A stretch of 63,558 nt of DNA, filler included, from Octopus bimaculoides (lineage: Eukaryota), in NCBI RefSeq assembly GCF_001194135.2. It is 5 parts of 5 records of this genome, joined end to end, with 100 filler letters (N's around TTAATTAATTAA, not from the genome) between each part and the next. Parts side by side here need not be neighbours in the genome. Positions count along the whole stretch, not along the records: positions 62,009 to 63,558 come from NW_026302246.1; 4 more parts are not named here. One strand, written 5' to 3'. The notes under the pieces were generated by a model. It ran no database searches and was not told the origin of the DNA. It saw nothing but the letters and a program-made list of their open reading frames with translations. Of the stretch, positions 63,301-63,558 are shown piece by piece. A program made the translations under genes and the position numbers. The stretch's first letter is position 1; each line of letters starts with the position of its first letter.

Positions 63301-63558
63301 ATTATTATAAAAAATTAAAATTAGATCTATTATTGTTTCCATTACAATTATGTTTATGTAATTTATTATCATCTGTATATATATAAAAGAGAGGATGCGT
63401 GTGTGTGTGTGTACGTGAATGTAGTTTATGCACGTCCACAAATTAGCACGCATGTCGCTCCAATTTTAGGAGGATATGTGTCATGACCTTATCTGCATTT
63501 TAGCCAATTTTTTCTCTCAGAGACACCCGCGTATAGCTGTAAAAATCGATAAACTTTT

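Overview
This is AT-rich, gap-ridden animal genomic DNA, most likely an octopod cephalopod such as Octopus (inferred from the tRNA-derived SINE families and the extreme microsatellite density). I recognise no host protein-coding gene; most long ORFs in the track are N-runs or translated microsatellites. The window is five assembly pieces joined by artificial 100-bp spacers (44 N + TTAATTAATTAA + 44 N). It is a mosaic of retroelement and DNA-transposon remnants. Retroelements: three tRNA-SINE families; CR1-like, RTE, Tx1/L1-like and R4/Dong-like (RLE) LINE pieces; Penelope-like RT and GIY-YIG pieces. DNA transposons: a full-length dead mariner, a pogo/Tigger-type MITE and a 338-bp foldback MITE. 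The most notable signals are two unrelated-sequence type I hammerhead ribozymes (6258-6352 and 58377-58476) with the same unusual architecture: CUGAAGA core, G-U at the base of a long stem II, and a palindromic 8-nt stem III. Other points are an RTE family with a C4HC3 PHD finger inside ORF2, a SINE and CR1-like LINE that share a 3' tail, an R4-like family ending in (CATA)n, and a minisatellite born from an RTE 3' UTR. Element boundaries are approximate unless a TSD or TIR is quoted.
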